NCBI GenBank assembly: GCA_965250085.1
Contig: OZ252287.1
Coordinates: 96,001 to 160,000 of the forward strand
Direction of reading: 5' to 3'
DNA length: 64,000 nt
Origin: Candidatus Altimarinota bacterium
GTDB taxonomy: Bacteria > Patescibacteriota > Gracilibacteria > CAIRYL01
Shown: positions 9,958 through 21,350 of the stretch, piece by piece
Layout of the letters: each line of letters opens with the position of its first letter
Numbering within the stretch: the stretch's first letter is position 1
Program-made: the position numbers and the translations under genes
Notes under the pieces: model-generated
What the model saw: only the letters and a program-made list of their open reading frames with translations
Told to the model about the DNA's origin: nothing
The model's database searches: none

Positions 9958-10956
9958 ATGAAGAAGGTTGCGATTAATGGATTTGGTCGTATTGGTCGTA
10001 TAGTTGCTCAGGTTATTTTGGACAAATATTCAGAGACACTGGACTTGGTAGCAGTCAATGATTTGGCGGATAATCAGACGCTGGCACTGCTTTTTCAGTT
10101 TGATTCTACATATGGTCAGTATCACGAAGAAGTAACAGCGACGGATGATTGTATTCAAGTAGGGGATAAGGAGATAAAAGCTTTTGCAGAACGCGAGCCG
10201 GAAAAACTTCCCTGGAAAGAACTCGGGGTCGATATTGTGTTGGAATGCACCGGATTTTTTAGAACTCGTGAGGGGATGCAAAAGCATATAACTGCTGGCG
10301 CCAAAAAAGTGGTTGTTTCTGCTCCTGCAAAAGACGCAATTGATGGAACATTTGTCATAGGGGTGAATGAAGAGATATATGATCCCGAAAATCATCATCT
10401 GATTTCTAATGCATCATGTACGACCAATTGCCTTGCTCCAGTAGCAAAAGCGCTGGATGAGGCATTTGGCATTGAAAAAGGCCTTATGACCACTATTCAT
10501 GCATACACTGGAGGACAAAAACTTCTCGATGCTCCTCATAAGGATATACGCAGAGGGAGGGCGGCTGCGCTCTCCATGGTGCCCACTACTACTGGTGCGG
10601 CAAAAGCGGTGGGAATGGTTCTCCCGCATCTGGAGGGAAAGCTCAATGGAATTTCTATACGAGTACCACTTCCCACTGTTTCTGTAGTGGATTTGACAGT
10701 GAGTGTTTCTAAAAAAACAACGAAAGAAGAAGTAAATGCTCTTTTTCAAAAAGCATCAGAAGGGAAGCTCAAAGGGATCCTTGCACTGGAAACAAGACCA
10801 CTCGTATCTGTTGATTTCAAAAAAGACTGCAGATCATCCATTGTAGATGCCGCCATGACGGATGTTATGGGAGGGGATCTTGTCAAAGTACTCTCTTGGT
10901 ATGATAATGAATGGGGGTATTCCTGTCGCCTCGCAGATTTGGCAGCAATGGCGTAA
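9958..10956 (+). CDS. gap: Type I glyceraldehyde-3-phosphate dehydrogenase
   Basis: AINGFGRIGR, SNASCTTNCLAP and WYDNEWGYS; start at ATG 9958. Confidence 0.98.
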   Translation: MKKVAINGFGRIGRIVAQVILDKYSETLDLVAVNDLADNQTLALLFQFDSTYGQYHEEVTATDDCIQVGDKEIKAFAEREPEKLPWKELGVDIVLECTGFFRTREGMQKHITAGAKKVVVSAPAKDAIDGTFVIGVNEEIYDPENHHLISNASCTTNCLAPVAKALDEAFGIEKGLMTTIHAYTGGQKLLDAPHKDIRRGRAAALSMVPTTTGAAKAVGMVLPHLEGKLNGISIRVPLPTVSVVDLTVSVSKKTTKEEVNALFQKASEGKLKGILALETRPLVSVDFKKDCRSSIVDAAMTDVMGGDLVKVLSWYDNEWGYSCRLADLAAMA

Positions 10957-10999
10957 TCAATTACGCATTCGACAAACTCGGGGCAAGCGAATTCAGAAA

Positions 11000-12145
11000 C
11001 TACGGATTACGAATGCGAATTGTCGCAAGCGCTTGGCAGCGCATGCCTTCTCCTTTTCCAAAAGAAGAAAGTTTTTCACCAGTATGGACAGTGAGTCCGA
11101 TATTTTCTTCAGCAATATTTAACAGTTTCGCCAGACGCTTTCGTATTTTGGGAAGATGTGATTCCAGTTTTGGCTGAGATCCTTCAAAGGAGAGAGAAAT
11201 GTTTTGAATGCTTCCATTTTTCTCTTTCAATACGTTCAAAACTTCTTTGAGATACTCCGTTGAGTCAGTAATTCCTTGTGCGCACAAAAGGTCAGCGATG
11301 CGAGAAAAAGAAGTTCCTCCAACAGCAGAAAGCAATGCGTTGCACAGTGCATGCAACGCAACATCTCCATCAGAATTTGCTTCAAATCCAGGGCAATTTG
11401 GAATAACAACCCCACCAATCATGCATGTTTTTTGTTCTGAACTGAATTGATGACTGTCTTCTCCGAGTCCCATTCTGAGTTCAGAATCTCTGATGCACTC
11501 TAAAAATTTAAGATCTTCAAGGGTCGTGATTTTTCTATTTTTCCAACTTACTGGAACAATCTTTGGAAGAATACCTTGGACTTCTGCTAATGCTACATCA
11601 TCAGTTGGTATTTTATTCTTCTCCTTCCAAATCTCAAATCCTTTTGTGCAAATATTTGCCTTGAGAGCTTGAGGGGTTTCCATTTTGTACAAAGAATTTC
11701 TCTCGATCACTTCTGATTTTTTTTCACTCATTCTTCGAACAGTAGAAGTTATTTTCTTTCCCACTCCCGCTACACCATTTTGTTGGGCCTTTTTGATCAC
11801 TTCTAGAATTTCCGACGCTGTAATTCCTGGATTGGCAGCGTTATGAAAAAGAATAATGTCATTCTTACTGGATCCAATAGCTGTAAATCCATGGAGTGCA
11901 CTCTCAAATCGTGTTTTCCCTCCCAGAATTATTTTGTGAATTTTTGAAAAGTTCTTTGCGATGACTTCACACTCATCTTTGTTTTCTTTTGAAGCAACGA
12001 GCACTATCTGATCAATTGTATCGTGGTCTTCAAAAGCTCTGAGGCTCCAAAAAAGAACAGGTTTTCCCCAAAGATTGAGAAAAATTTTCTCTTCTCCAAA
12101 CCTCTCGGATCTGCCAGCAGCGAGTACAATAGCAATATTCATCAA
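11000..12145 (-). CDS. ispDF: Bifunctional IspD/IspF (MEP pathway)
   Basis: N-terminal LAAGRSERFG, GGKTRFES, ETPQ and TDD; C-terminal GEDSH, SDGDVALHALCNALL and TGEKLSSFGKGEG. Confidence 0.88.
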   Translation of the reverse strand: MMNIAIVLAAGRSERFGEEKIFLNLWGKPVLFWSLRAFEDHDTIDQIVLVASKENKDECEVIAKNFSKIHKIILGGKTRFESALHGFTAIGSSKNDIILFHNAANPGITASEILEVIKKAQQNGVAGVGKKITSTVRRMSEKKSEVIERNSLYKMETPQALKANICTKGFEIWKEKNKIPTDDVALAEVQGILPKIVPVSWKNRKITTLEDLKFLECIRDSELRMGLGEDSHQFSSEQKTCMIGGVVIPNCPGFEANSDGDVALHALCNALLSAVGGTSFSRIADLLCAQGITDSTEYLKEVLNVLKEKNGSIQNISLSFEGSQPKLESHLPKIRKRLAKLLNIAEENIGLTVHTGEKLSSFGKGEGMRCQALATIRIRNP

Positions 12146-12180
12146 ATACTATTTTTTATGATTTTATGTGATTTCTCAAT

Positions 12181-12556
12181 TTAATTTACATTTCTTATTG
12201 CTTCCAATTCTTGTCTCAAAAAATTTGTAATGAGTTTTTTCGCAAGAGGCCCTTCAGGATTGGTTCTTAATTCTTCAAGTGCTTTTGCTACAGAAAGATT
12301 AGGCATTCCGAGACAAGAGGAAATATATTCCGGCTGCACACCTCTGTACGGAAATAAGTTTGCCCTCTTCGGAGCTGCAATCCTGATCATTCATAGCAGG
12401 AGTAGCAACTGAATGTGGAGGTGATTTTTTTCCTAAAATATCTCCGATAGAAATGGATACAGAACTCAAAACATCTCCAATTTTCTGTAAAAAAGGATGA
12501 GGGGTGGCAAGTATATTTTCTTGCCCATATTGAACTTCAGGACCTTCTCTTACCAC
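12181..12556 (-). pseudogene. Probable frameshifted hypothetical gene
   Basis: Overlapping ORFs 12299-12556 and 12181-12390 fuse in frame if the TCAT duplication at 12387-12394 is collapsed. Confidence 0.35.
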
Positions 12557-12591
12557 TTTATTTTTGAGAAATGATAATAAAATTATACAAA

Positions 12592-14102
12592 TTAAGCATC
12601 TAATTTTTCAAACGCCTTCTCAAATCGCTGAATAATGTCATCCGGATCCTCAAGCCCTACAGAAAGCCGCAGCATATACGGCGAAATACCTTGTGTCTCT
12701 TCTATCTCTTCAGACGAGAATGCAGAAAATTGATAGTAAGGAGTGAGCATGCTCCAGTTCGTCCCAAAATTTGGACCCTTTGCAATCTCTATAGTATCGT
12801 AAAACGCAGGGGTATTCCCCCGAGGATGACAGAGGAGGAATGAGAGTACTCTTTTTTGTACCGTATCTTTTCTAGATTTTGTATGGAATGTGGGGATATG
12901 CACTCGGTATACCAGGGGATGATTTTCTAAAAATGCATATATTTTTTCTGCGCTTGCATCGATCTGTTGTATTCGTTTGAGAAAAGTCCTTGAGTTTTCT
13001 TCGAGAACTGTCGCATCTTCATACCAGAGCAGATCTTCAAAATTGTGATGAAAGACACGTGCCAACACGTTTAAGAACCGACTTTTGGAACGCATCATTA
13101 ATGCCCCTCCAGTAACATTCCCTTCTCCAGAGAAAAACTTTGAAAGCCCAGAAATGATAACATCTGCAAAAGAAAATGCATTTCGATTTTGAAAAGTTCC
13201 CAGAGTGTCATCGACAATAATGGGAACATTATGTTTTCGAGAGAGCACTTCAAGTCTTTGAAGATTTACTTTTTGTAAAAGCGGATTTCCAGGAACTTCA
13301 AAAAAGATGCCTAACATTTTTTCTTTGGCAAGGAGTTCTTCAATTTTTTCCAAGTCACTTTCATCTCCTTGTTCAAAAAAATAAACACCATTTCCAAATT
13401 CCCTTTGCATTTGCAGGGTGTAATTGGTCGCAAATCCAATGTGAATACTTTTTCGTTCTGGAAATGATATTTGCAGAAACCGATGAATGGTAAAAGTGCT
13501 GACATTCCAGTAGGGAAGAGAACGATGTTTTGAGCCGGTTCTCCAGAAATTTCTGATATACGTGCTTGGAGTAGCTTCTTTGCTTTTCGACCCTCTTCAC
13601 GAGCTTGATCACTGAGAGGTTCTTTATTGAGTGTGCTCTGGGCAAGTCGTGATGAGATTATCTCTCGGGTATACCACCAATATTTTTCTGCTTCTTGTAA
13701 GTACTCTTTTGGAAAACAAACGGCAAAGACATTGTTTTTTCTCATATCGTGAAGAGAAGACTTCTGTTCCAGTTTTTCCTTGAGAAACTCTTGAAATCTT
13801 ATTGCGACCTTTTCAGAAGGGAACACCATGCATTCTTCTTTTTTCTTGGCAAATCGCTTTTTTGCTTCAGCAAATAGCTTTTGTACCGCCGGTTGAAAAC
13901 CATATCCAGGAAAATTATTTTTCAGTTTTTTGATGAGTTTTGGGTCTTTTTGCTTATAGGCAATTACATCTTTCCATGTCGGCAAACACACCGATACCGC
14001 ATGCGGGTCATCAGGAAGAGGGACTCCCAAATCTGACGCTTTGCAGGGTGGAGTGCTGAAAAAAGAATGAGAATAAGGATCCATACCAAAAATCATATGC
14101 AC
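12592..14102 (-). pseudogene. Cystathionine gamma-synthase-like PLP enzyme (Str2-like type), frameshifted
   Basis: DLGVPLPDDPHAVSVCLPTW, FPTGMSA, EVPGNPLL, VDDTLG, SKFFSG and LRLSVGLE. One extra base in the A4 run at 13492-13495 joins the two ORFs. Confidence 0.8.
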
Positions 14103-14145
14103 CTGAGCATATCATGTTTTTTGCGAAAGAGCGAATAATTTCTTC

Positions 14146-15033
14146 TTACTCCAAACCACAAAACCTCTCCTTCATATATTCTTTTACTTTTTCTCCCAAA
14201 TTTTCGTGTTTCATTGCAAAATCAAGTGTCGCTTTTATAAATCCAAATTTATCTCCCGTATCATATCGAGTCCCCTCAATTTGCTTGGCATAAATCCGAT
14301 CAGATTTCAAATGATGCCGAAATCCATCAATAAGTCGCTGTTCTCCATCATGACTTGTATTTCCAGATTCAATAGCGTCAAAAATTTCTGGAGTACAGAT
14401 GTATTTTCCCACAATCGCTAAATCAGAAGGAGCATCTGCGGGATTTGGTTTTTCTACCATACCGGCCAGTTCAAAGGCATCTTCTAAATTTTCACCATTT
14501 TTTGGATCTACGACCCCATAACTAGAAACGCTTTCTTGTGGGACTTGCTGGACACCAATTATCATTTTTTCTGTCTGGATATACGCATCAATGAGCTGTT
14601 TCGTGGCCGGCACCTCAGAGTCAATCAGATCATCTCCAAAAAGGACCGCGAATGGTTCATCAGGCCCAATGAGTTCTTTGGCACATAAAATGGCATGCCC
14701 ATCACCAAGGGGCATATTTTGACGAACATATACAAACTTCGCGAGGTTTTCTATTTTCTTCACTTCTTTCAAAATTTCAGTTTTTCCTTTGTTTTCCAGA
14801 GTATACTCGAGTTCAAATGAAGTATCAAAATGATCCTCGATGGCGCGCTTCCCTCGTCCGGTCACGATAATAATTTCTTCAATACCCGCGGCGACTGCTT
14901 CTTCTACCAAATATTGAATTACCGGTTTGTCCACTATAGGGAGCATTTCTTTGGGCATTGCTTTGGTCACCGGCAAAAACCTGGTCCCAAATCCAGCGGC
15001 AGGAAAAATAGCTTTTCGAACAGTTTTTAACAT
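14146..15033 (-). CDS. galU: UTP--glucose-1-phosphate uridylyltransferase
   Basis: KAIFPAAGFGTRFLPVTKAMPKEMLPIVDKP, VRQ..PLGDGHA and MVEKP. Confidence 0.97.
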   Translation of the reverse strand: MLKTVRKAIFPAAGFGTRFLPVTKAMPKEMLPIVDKPVIQYLVEEAVAAGIEEIIIVTGRGKRAIEDHFDTSFELEYTLENKGKTEILKEVKKIENLAKFVYVRQNMPLGDGHAILCAKELIGPDEPFAVLFGDDLIDSEVPATKQLIDAYIQTEKMIIGVQQVPQESVSSYGVVDPKNGENLEDAFELAGMVEKPNPADAPSDLAIVGKYICTPEIFDAIESGNTSHDGEQRLIDGFRHHLKSDRIYAKQIEGTRYDTGDKFGFIKATLDFAMKHENLGEKVKEYMKERFCGLE

Positions 15034-15118
15034 ATGTTTTTATAATAATTTGTCAAATAATATTAGGAGACATTGGGAGTATATCCCAAAATAAGAAAAA
15101 AAACTTAATTAAATTTTT

Positions 15119-16261
15119 TTAATTTTTATAATATCGACGCAAAAAATCAGCAGTGATCACCATTCCAAGTATGCTTGCAAGCATCACAAACCTCAGTTCA
15201 CCACTGATATATACAAACAAAGCCGCCAGAAGTGATCCAAGTGCACTACCGACGTCCCAGCCGGCTTCCGAAAAATACTGAAACCAGAGCGGACAGTGAG
15301 ATTTTTTTGCAGTGTTGTAATATGCAGAAGTCATAATAGGATAATACAGTGCTGCCCCTGCCATCATAACCATATCAAAGAATATGATAAGTGGGATTGT
15401 GTATGCAAAAAATACACGCCCAATGGTACCGAGCACTATGAAAAAAATTCCAAGGGGATACACTCTCTTACCACTTCCGGTGTCAAATAAGTGTCCAGTG
15501 AGAAACGATCCCATAATCTGAAATAGCACAGCGAGACTCAGGAGTCCTCCAAAGGAGACGTAATCGTCCAAAAAAAGAAAGAGCACAAGTGTCCAAGTAA
15601 AGATGTGAGTGTAGTAAGAAAATCCATCACCCATATAGAGATAAAAACCTTGCTTACTCACGTTCTTCAGAGCATCTGCGACCCCCCTATTCCTCTCTAT
15701 CGTGACTTCGGGTGTACTGAGAAGCGGAAGGGCAGAGAGGAGCATGAATACAGAGGCTATGAAAAATGCTGTCCAAAATCCATACGTATTTATAATAATT
15801 CCTCCAGTGACAGGAGTGAGAAGACCCGCAAGTAAAAGTGCTCCCTCTCGCATTCCAATCTGCTTTCCCCGATGCTCTGTGTCTCCCAAAACTGAGAAAT
15901 AAGTGTGATAGGGAAGCCAATAGAGGATATCAATAATAGCCGAAGCCGCCATAAAGATGTAGAGCCACATGCCCACTCCCTCTATCTTTCCAAGAAAAAG
16001 AAAATACGTACTATACGTCAGAGTTCCCAAAATCACGCTTTTCCTCAGTCCTCTTTGAAAACAAAGACTGAGTGCAAATGGTCTCAGAAGGAGTCTTAAT
16101 ACAAAAATTCCAGCCCACACTACAAATATCATCCAGATCGGGATACCAATCTTGTACATGTAGATACCGCCAAAAATATCTCCGATATTACTCGCAAATA
16201 CCTGCAACCCAAAGTGAAAATTGAGAAGATTGATTGATCGGTTAGAAAAAGCAGTGCGCAT
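15119..16261 (-). CDS. MFS-type transporter
   Basis: About 12 hydrophobic segments arranged in two halves; HRGKQIG loop motif. Confidence 0.75.
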   Translation of the reverse strand: MRTAFSNRSINLLNFHFGLQVFASNIGDIFGGIYMYKIGIPIWMIFVVWAGIFVLRLLLRPFALSLCFQRGLRKSVILGTLTYSTYFLFLGKIEGVGMWLYIFMAASAIIDILYWLPYHTYFSVLGDTEHRGKQIGMREGALLLAGLLTPVTGGIIINTYGFWTAFFIASVFMLLSALPLLSTPEVTIERNRGVADALKNVSKQGFYLYMGDGFSYYTHIFTWTLVLFLFLDDYVSFGGLLSLAVLFQIMGSFLTGHLFDTGSGKRVYPLGIFFIVLGTIGRVFFAYTIPLIIFFDMVMMAGAALYYPIMTSAYYNTAKKSHCPLWFQYFSEAGWDVGSALGSLLAALFVYISGELRFVMLASILGMVITADFLRRYYKN

Positions 16262-16392
16262 AAAGAGAAAAAATGAGGAAGTTTTTTTCTATTCGATCTC
16301 TTGTACAAGATGCTCCGCATTCTGCAATCCAGCGGATATTCGTGCAGAATCCAGCCAATTCATCTTGTAGCCGAGGGTGCGAAAGTGAAATT

Positions 16393-16746
16393 TCATTTCT
16401 TTCCTTGTGAATTTATTGCAATGGGTTCAAACATGAGCACATAGGATGGTTCCAGGGCCTTGGGACAATGCTGCATCCCTTTGGTTACCACGGTCACTTC
16501 TCCCGCACTCAGGGTAATATCTGCCTGATCTTTGAGCTGGATCAGTATTTTTCCCGAATACACGTAAAAAAGTTCATCCTCATTGTCATGCTGATGCCAA
16601 TGGTACTCTCCTTCAAAGAGCGCTAATCGTACCGCCTGATCATTTACTCGAGCAACTTCCACCGGAAACCACGACCTTCCAGCAATCTCCTTTATCTTCT
16701 CTTCTATAACTATTAGAGAAATCATGCACATTGAAAAAATCCACAA
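16393..16746 (-). CDS. Cupin-domain protein (start uncertain)
   Basis: GEYHWHQHDNEDELFYV and VTKGMQHCP. Confidence 0.88.
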   Translation of the reverse strand: MWIFSMCMISLIVIEEKIKEIAGRSWFPVEVARVNDQAVRLALFEGEYHWHQHDNEDELFYVYSGKILIQLKDQADITLSAGEVTVVTKGMQHCPKALEPSYVLMFEPIAINSQGKK

Positions 16747-17525
16747 TATTGTGCCATAGAAGAGGATTCCTTAAAAAGAAAAACAGGGTTTAGTAGGGTT
16801 TTAATCGCAGGTGATGCCCCCTTTTTTTTGTGTGAATATCGTGTCCAATGCCTTCAAAACCTCTCTTTTGAGTTCTCGTCTGTAGAGCAAAAGCCGGATC
16901 TTCTAATTCCTTTTCCTCGAACCCTGTCATGCCATTTTCAGTAAGTATTTTTCTGAGACCATCAGACAGCCCAGGTTTATAGAGTGTTGAAACAAGCTCT
17001 TCAACTTGATCTCTATATGCTTTTCCATTCTGATGTATAAAGAGAGCTCTGATCAATTGCACCAAACGATAATCTCTTTTGGGAACAATCTTTTCACTCC
17101 TGATCACTCCCTGCATCATTTCAAAAAGAGCATCGGGGTCATTTCCCAACCCATCTCTTATTACTGATAAAACTTCCTCATTAATATGATAAACCTTATT
17201 TCTTCCCTGCTGATAACCACGAATAAGATCTTCATCTTTTAACGCTCTGAGATGTGAAAAAACACTCGTTTGATGAGTAAGAGCCATTTTTTTTGCAATT
17301 TCTTCTATTGTTCGTGGAGATTCAAGAATAAGGAGTAATACTTTTTTTCTTTTAAGGCTCATTCCAAGAATTGCTCTTTTTGTACGGTTATAATCTGACG
17401 AAACACTTTTACTGGAAATATTCGGCATAAAATCCGTTTCCAGCACATCTGTTATTATTGGCCGAATTTCTTCATTAATATCATAAACTGCATACTTTCC
17501 CTGTTTATAACGAAGAATAAGACTT

Positions 17526-18235
17526 GGCTCTAGAGTAGGAGATTTTAAAAATCTCTGATAATTTTGGACATTATAACAAAAATATCTTGATCTTTATAGT
17601 TCCATCGCCACTCACATTCTTTGAGGTGAAAGTTAAACTTGTGAGAAGCAATTCCGTTAAACTTAGAGAGTCTTCTTTTCGCAAAAGACCAAAAGGATTC
17701 AATACCATTTACATGACATTTTCCTCGTGCAAATTCATTTTCTGAGTGATGAATACGATAGTGATCATATCCATTGAGAATGAGTCCATCATAAGCTCTC
17801 CATCCATCAGTATGAATAGTTGATCCTTCTAGTATTTTTCCTTGAATAATAGGTAGGAGCTCTTTTCTGGAGCAATCTTTTACAATAGAAACAAATACCC
17901 TTCCTTCTCTTTGAAGGATTCCAAAGACAGGAGTCTTTCCTGCGGCTCCTCTTCCTCTCTTTCCTCTCATTCTCTTTGCTCCAAAGTAACTTTCATCAAG
18001 TTCAAATTCTCCAAAACTCTTTGACTGTGCTAAAGAGAACTTTGCAATCTTTTCTCTAAAAATATTAAAATATCGATCAACCGTTCTCCGATTGAGATCT
18101 AGAATATTTGCTGTTTTTGATGCATTGAGATCTTCACAAAAACACTTCAATATTTTTTTGATCTTATAATTCGATATTTTACTGTGTTTAAGCATGTTAA
18201 GAGAATAATTGAAGTAATTATTCTACTCAAGAGCC
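17526..18235 (-). mobile_element. IS1595-family element, copy 1 (710 bp)
   Basis: Terminal IR GGCTCT(A/T)GAGTAG; 8-bp TSD TAAGACTT at 17518-17525 and 18236-18243. Confidence 0.95.
17545..18195 (-). CDS. IS1595-family (ISXO2-like DDE) transposase
   Basis: FELDESYFG, RGRGAAGKTPVFG, IHTDGWRAY and HVNGIESFWS. Confidence 0.95.
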   Translation of the reverse strand: MLKHSKISNYKIKKILKCFCEDLNASKTANILDLNRRTVDRYFNIFREKIAKFSLAQSKSFGEFELDESYFGAKRMRGKRGRGAAGKTPVFGILQREGRVFVSIVKDCSRKELLPIIQGKILEGSTIHTDGWRAYDGLILNGYDHYRIHHSENEFARGKCHVNGIESFWSFAKRRLSKFNGIASHKFNFHLKECEWRWNYKDQDIFVIMSKIIRDF

Positions 18236-19087
18236 TAAGACTTTTATCTTGTAACGTTCTGAGATGTGGATAAACACTCGTTTGATGAGGAATAGAAAGT
18301 GCTTCTGCAATTTCTTCCACTGTGCAGGGAGATTCAAAAATGAGAAAAAGAATTTTTTTGCTTCTAGTGTTCACACTCAAAACCGCTTGCTCTACGCTAT
18401 CGCGATCTGGCTGTATGCTTTCGTTGGAAACATCTGACAGAACTGGGAGATCGGGATCTTCTTCCAGGAGCTCTTTTAAGGTCGATCGAAAATGCTCATT
18501 GAGATAGTTCACAAAGCTTCTGCCTTCTCGGCGTCTGAAAATGAGGTTTTTGTTTTCTAGTCCAAGGATGTGCTGATAGACACCTGGTGGAGAGACAGAT
18601 ACCTGCTCTACAAGCTCCTTCATCGTCCGCGGAGCATTAAAAATCAAACGGAGTATTTCTTTTTTGGTATCCCTCATTTTCATCACCAATTGAGTTACGT
18701 GTTCACATCCGGCTTCGTCGCTACTCCTTCTTTCGATTTCTTCATGTTCCGGTGGAGCAGAGAAGGCAGAAGACAAAATCACTGATATTTCGGGCATTGG
18801 GGATGTTTAAATTTTTATTAACATGGTAATTAAAATCATTTTTAGCTCACTTGTCAAGACATTGCTCTTTATTTCAAAACATTTTCCTGTATCAATTACA
18901 ACAACAGCAGCGTTTATGAGAATGAAAAACCAAAAAACAAAACCATTGATGTATTTGGAGCGTGGAGATCAAAAGACAGAAAACCTGGAATTCGTTTTCT
19001 TCATGTCTTTTTGAGAAAATATTCCCGAAATCACCAAAATCCCGTATTCTTTCCTCATAAGCTATAATTCTAAACAATATAAATAAC

Positions 19088-19432
19088 ATGGCCTACGACG
19101 AACATTTGGCGGACAGAATATACAGAGTTCTCACTCACAACCATGTGTCTTTTGAAGAAAAGAAAATGATGGGAGGTCTGTGCTTTATGGTAGATGGCAA
19201 AATGTGCATTGGTATTGCAAAAGACCAGCTCATGGCGAGAATAGATCCTGATATATATGAGCAATGTCTTGCCAAAGATGGCTGCAATGAAATGAAATTT
19301 ACCGGGAGACCCATGAGAGGATTTGTGTTTCTGGATCCAGAGGCTATTGACGCAGATGAAGATCTGAACTCCTGGATACAGCTGTGCTTAGAATTTAATC
19401 CCAAAGCAAAGAGGAGTAAAAAGAAAAAATGA
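19088..19432 (+). CDS. TfoX/Sxy N-terminal domain family protein
   Basis: MAYDEHLADRI, EKKMMGGLCFMVDGKMCIG and FTGRPMRGFVFL. Confidence 0.85.
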   Translation: MAYDEHLADRIYRVLTHNHVSFEEKKMMGGLCFMVDGKMCIGIAKDQLMARIDPDIYEQCLAKDGCNEMKFTGRPMRGFVFLDPEAIDADEDLNSWIQLCLEFNPKAKRSKKKK

Positions 19433-19526
19433 CCCCTCGCTGTTTCAAGTTTTTCACACCCAAAGAAACCATTTTCAAACCCGTTAAAATCCCGTACTCT
19501 ACGCCGGCTTTATTTTGAGAAAGACA

Positions 19527-21329
19527 ATGGATATCCGCAATGTTGCGATCATCGCTCACGTTGACCACGGCAAGACCACACTCGTGGATGCTCTGCTCAA
19601 AGCAGGGGGCGCTTTTGCGGCGCATGAAGAGGTAGAAGATCGGGTAATGGACAGCAATGAACAAGAGAAAGAACGTGGCATTACCATCTATGCCAAAAAC
19701 GCAGCGATTGAGTATCAGGGAAGCAAGATTAATATCGTAGATACTCCCGGCCATGCGGACTTTGGAAGTGAGGTAGAGCGTGTGCTGAGTACTGTGGATG
19801 CCACGATCCTTGTGGTAGATGCATATGAAGGACCCATGCCACAGACCAAGTTTGTCCTCCACAAATCCCTCGAACTCGGCAAAAAAGTGCTGGTGGTAGT
19901 GAATAAAATTGATAAGTCCACTGCACGACCCGACTGGGTGATAGACCATGTGTTTGATTTGTTTGGACAACTGGGGGCAAATGATGCGCAGCTGGATTTC
20001 CCCTATCTCTATACAGTGGCTCGTGATGGCGTGGCGGTGAAAAACTTGGACGATGAGCGTACAGACATCACCCCGCTTCTAGATTTCATCATCGAGCATG
20101 TGCCCGCTGCGGAACAAAATGTAGAGGAGGTTTTTCGTATGCAGCCCGCCACTCTGGCGTATGACAATTTCCTCGGGAGACTTGCGATCGGCCGTGTGCA
20201 CGAAGGCGTGCTCACAACCAATCAAAGCGTTACCGTCCTCACACCCAGTGGAGCCAAACGGACTGCCCGCGTGAGCAAACTCTTTACCTTTGCAGGCCTC
20301 AAAAAAGTAGAAGTGCCAGAGGTCTTTGCCGGAGACATTGTGGCTATTGCGGGGATTGCCGATATCTTTGTGGGGGAAACCATCACAGACAATGAAAGTG
20401 CGGAGCCACTTCCGGCGATCAATGTGGATCCGCCATCACTCGCCATGTACTTTATGGTCAATGATTCACCCTTTGCGGGGACGGAAGGCAAATTTGTCAC
20501 CAGTCGGCAGATCCGTGATCGACTGGAAAAAGAACTCGAGACCAATGTGGGACTCCGTATCGAATTTTCTGAAAATGCGGATCACTACAAAGTCCTTGGA
20601 CGTGGGGAGATGCATCTGGCAGTCCTCATCGAGACCATGCGTCGTGAAGGATTTGAACTCCAGGTGTCACAGCCGGAGGTTGTGTTTCAACAAAAAGACG
20701 GACAGGTGCACGAACCCATGGAAGACACCGTGATCAATGTGCCAGAATCACTGGGAGGAAAGATCATAGAAATGATGGCACAGCGCAAAGGGGAGATGAG
20801 TACTATCAAAACCGAAAATGGACTCACCACTCTCGAGTTCCAAATTCCGGCACGGGGATTGCTCGGCATCCGTTCCAACTTTATTATCCTCACCAAAGGG
20901 GAGGGGACTATGTACAGCTCATTTTCACACTTTGCGCCGTATGTGGGTAAGATAGACAAGCGCCAAGTGGGATCTATGATATCTGGAGAAACTGGTGAGA
21001 CCACCGCGTATTCTCTCTGGAAACTTCAAGAACGCGGTCCACTCTTTATCCATCCCGTGACAAAGGTGTATGAAGGCATGATTATCGGCGAACACAATCA
21101 AGGCAGTGATATCACTGTCAATGCCCTCAAGGGCAAAAAACTCACCAATATTCGTGCATCTGGCTCAGACGATGCCGTGACCCTTACTCCACCGCTGGAT
21201 ATGACGCTCGAAAAAGCGTTGGAATATATCAAAGAAGATGAATACGTGGAGGTGACTCCTCAAAACATTCGCCTGAGGAAGAAGTGGCTGAGTGAGGTGG
21301 AGAGGAAGAGGAATCGGGAGAAGAAATAA
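19527..21329 (+). CDS. typA: Translational GTPase TypA/BipA
   Basis: [40 protein letters not shown] and [11 protein letters not shown]. Confidence 0.98.
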   Translation: MDIRNVAIIAHVDHGKTTLVDALLKAGGAFAAHEEVEDRVMDSNEQEKERGITIYAKNAAIEYQGSKINIVDTPGHADFGSEVERVLSTVDATILVVDAYEGPMPQTKFVLHKSLELGKKVLVVVNKIDKSTARPDWVIDHVFDLFGQLGANDAQLDFPYLYTVARDGVAVKNLDDERTDITPLLDFIIEHVPAAEQNVEEVFRMQPATLAYDNFLGRLAIGRVHEGVLTTNQSVTVLTPSGAKRTARVSKLFTFAGLKKVEVPEVFAGDIVAIAGIADIFVGETITDNESAEPLPAINVDPPSLAMYFMVNDSPFAGTEGKFVTSRQIRDRLEKELETNVGLRIEFSENADHYKVLGRGEMHLAVLIETMRREGFELQVSQPEVVFQQKDGQVHEPMEDTVINVPESLGGKIIEMMAQRKGEMSTIKTENGLTTLEFQIPARGLLGIRSNFIILTKGEGTMYSSFSHFAPYVGKIDKRQVGSMISGETGETTAYSLWKLQERGPLFIHPVTKVYEGMIIGEHNQGSDITVNALKGKKLTNIRASGSDDAVTLTPPLDMTLEKALEYIKEDEYVEVTPQNIRLRKKWLSEVERKRNREKK

Positions 21330-21350
21330 CGTGATTTTGTCAGAATAAGC

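Larger units (their letters stand above)
16790..18797 (-). pseudogene. Triple ArsR-like winged-helix protein interrupted by an IS1595-family element
   Basis: Removing the IS and one TSD restores a continuous 429-aa frame (...QDKSL-ILRYKQGK...VLETDFMP) with three wHTH repeats. Confidence 0.85.

Noticed and set aside
18147-18235. C-terminus of the 216-aa ORF 18147-18797 as a real protein end
   Set aside because: It is read-through into the IS1595 end; the tail of ORF 36127-36537 likewise reads into IS30.
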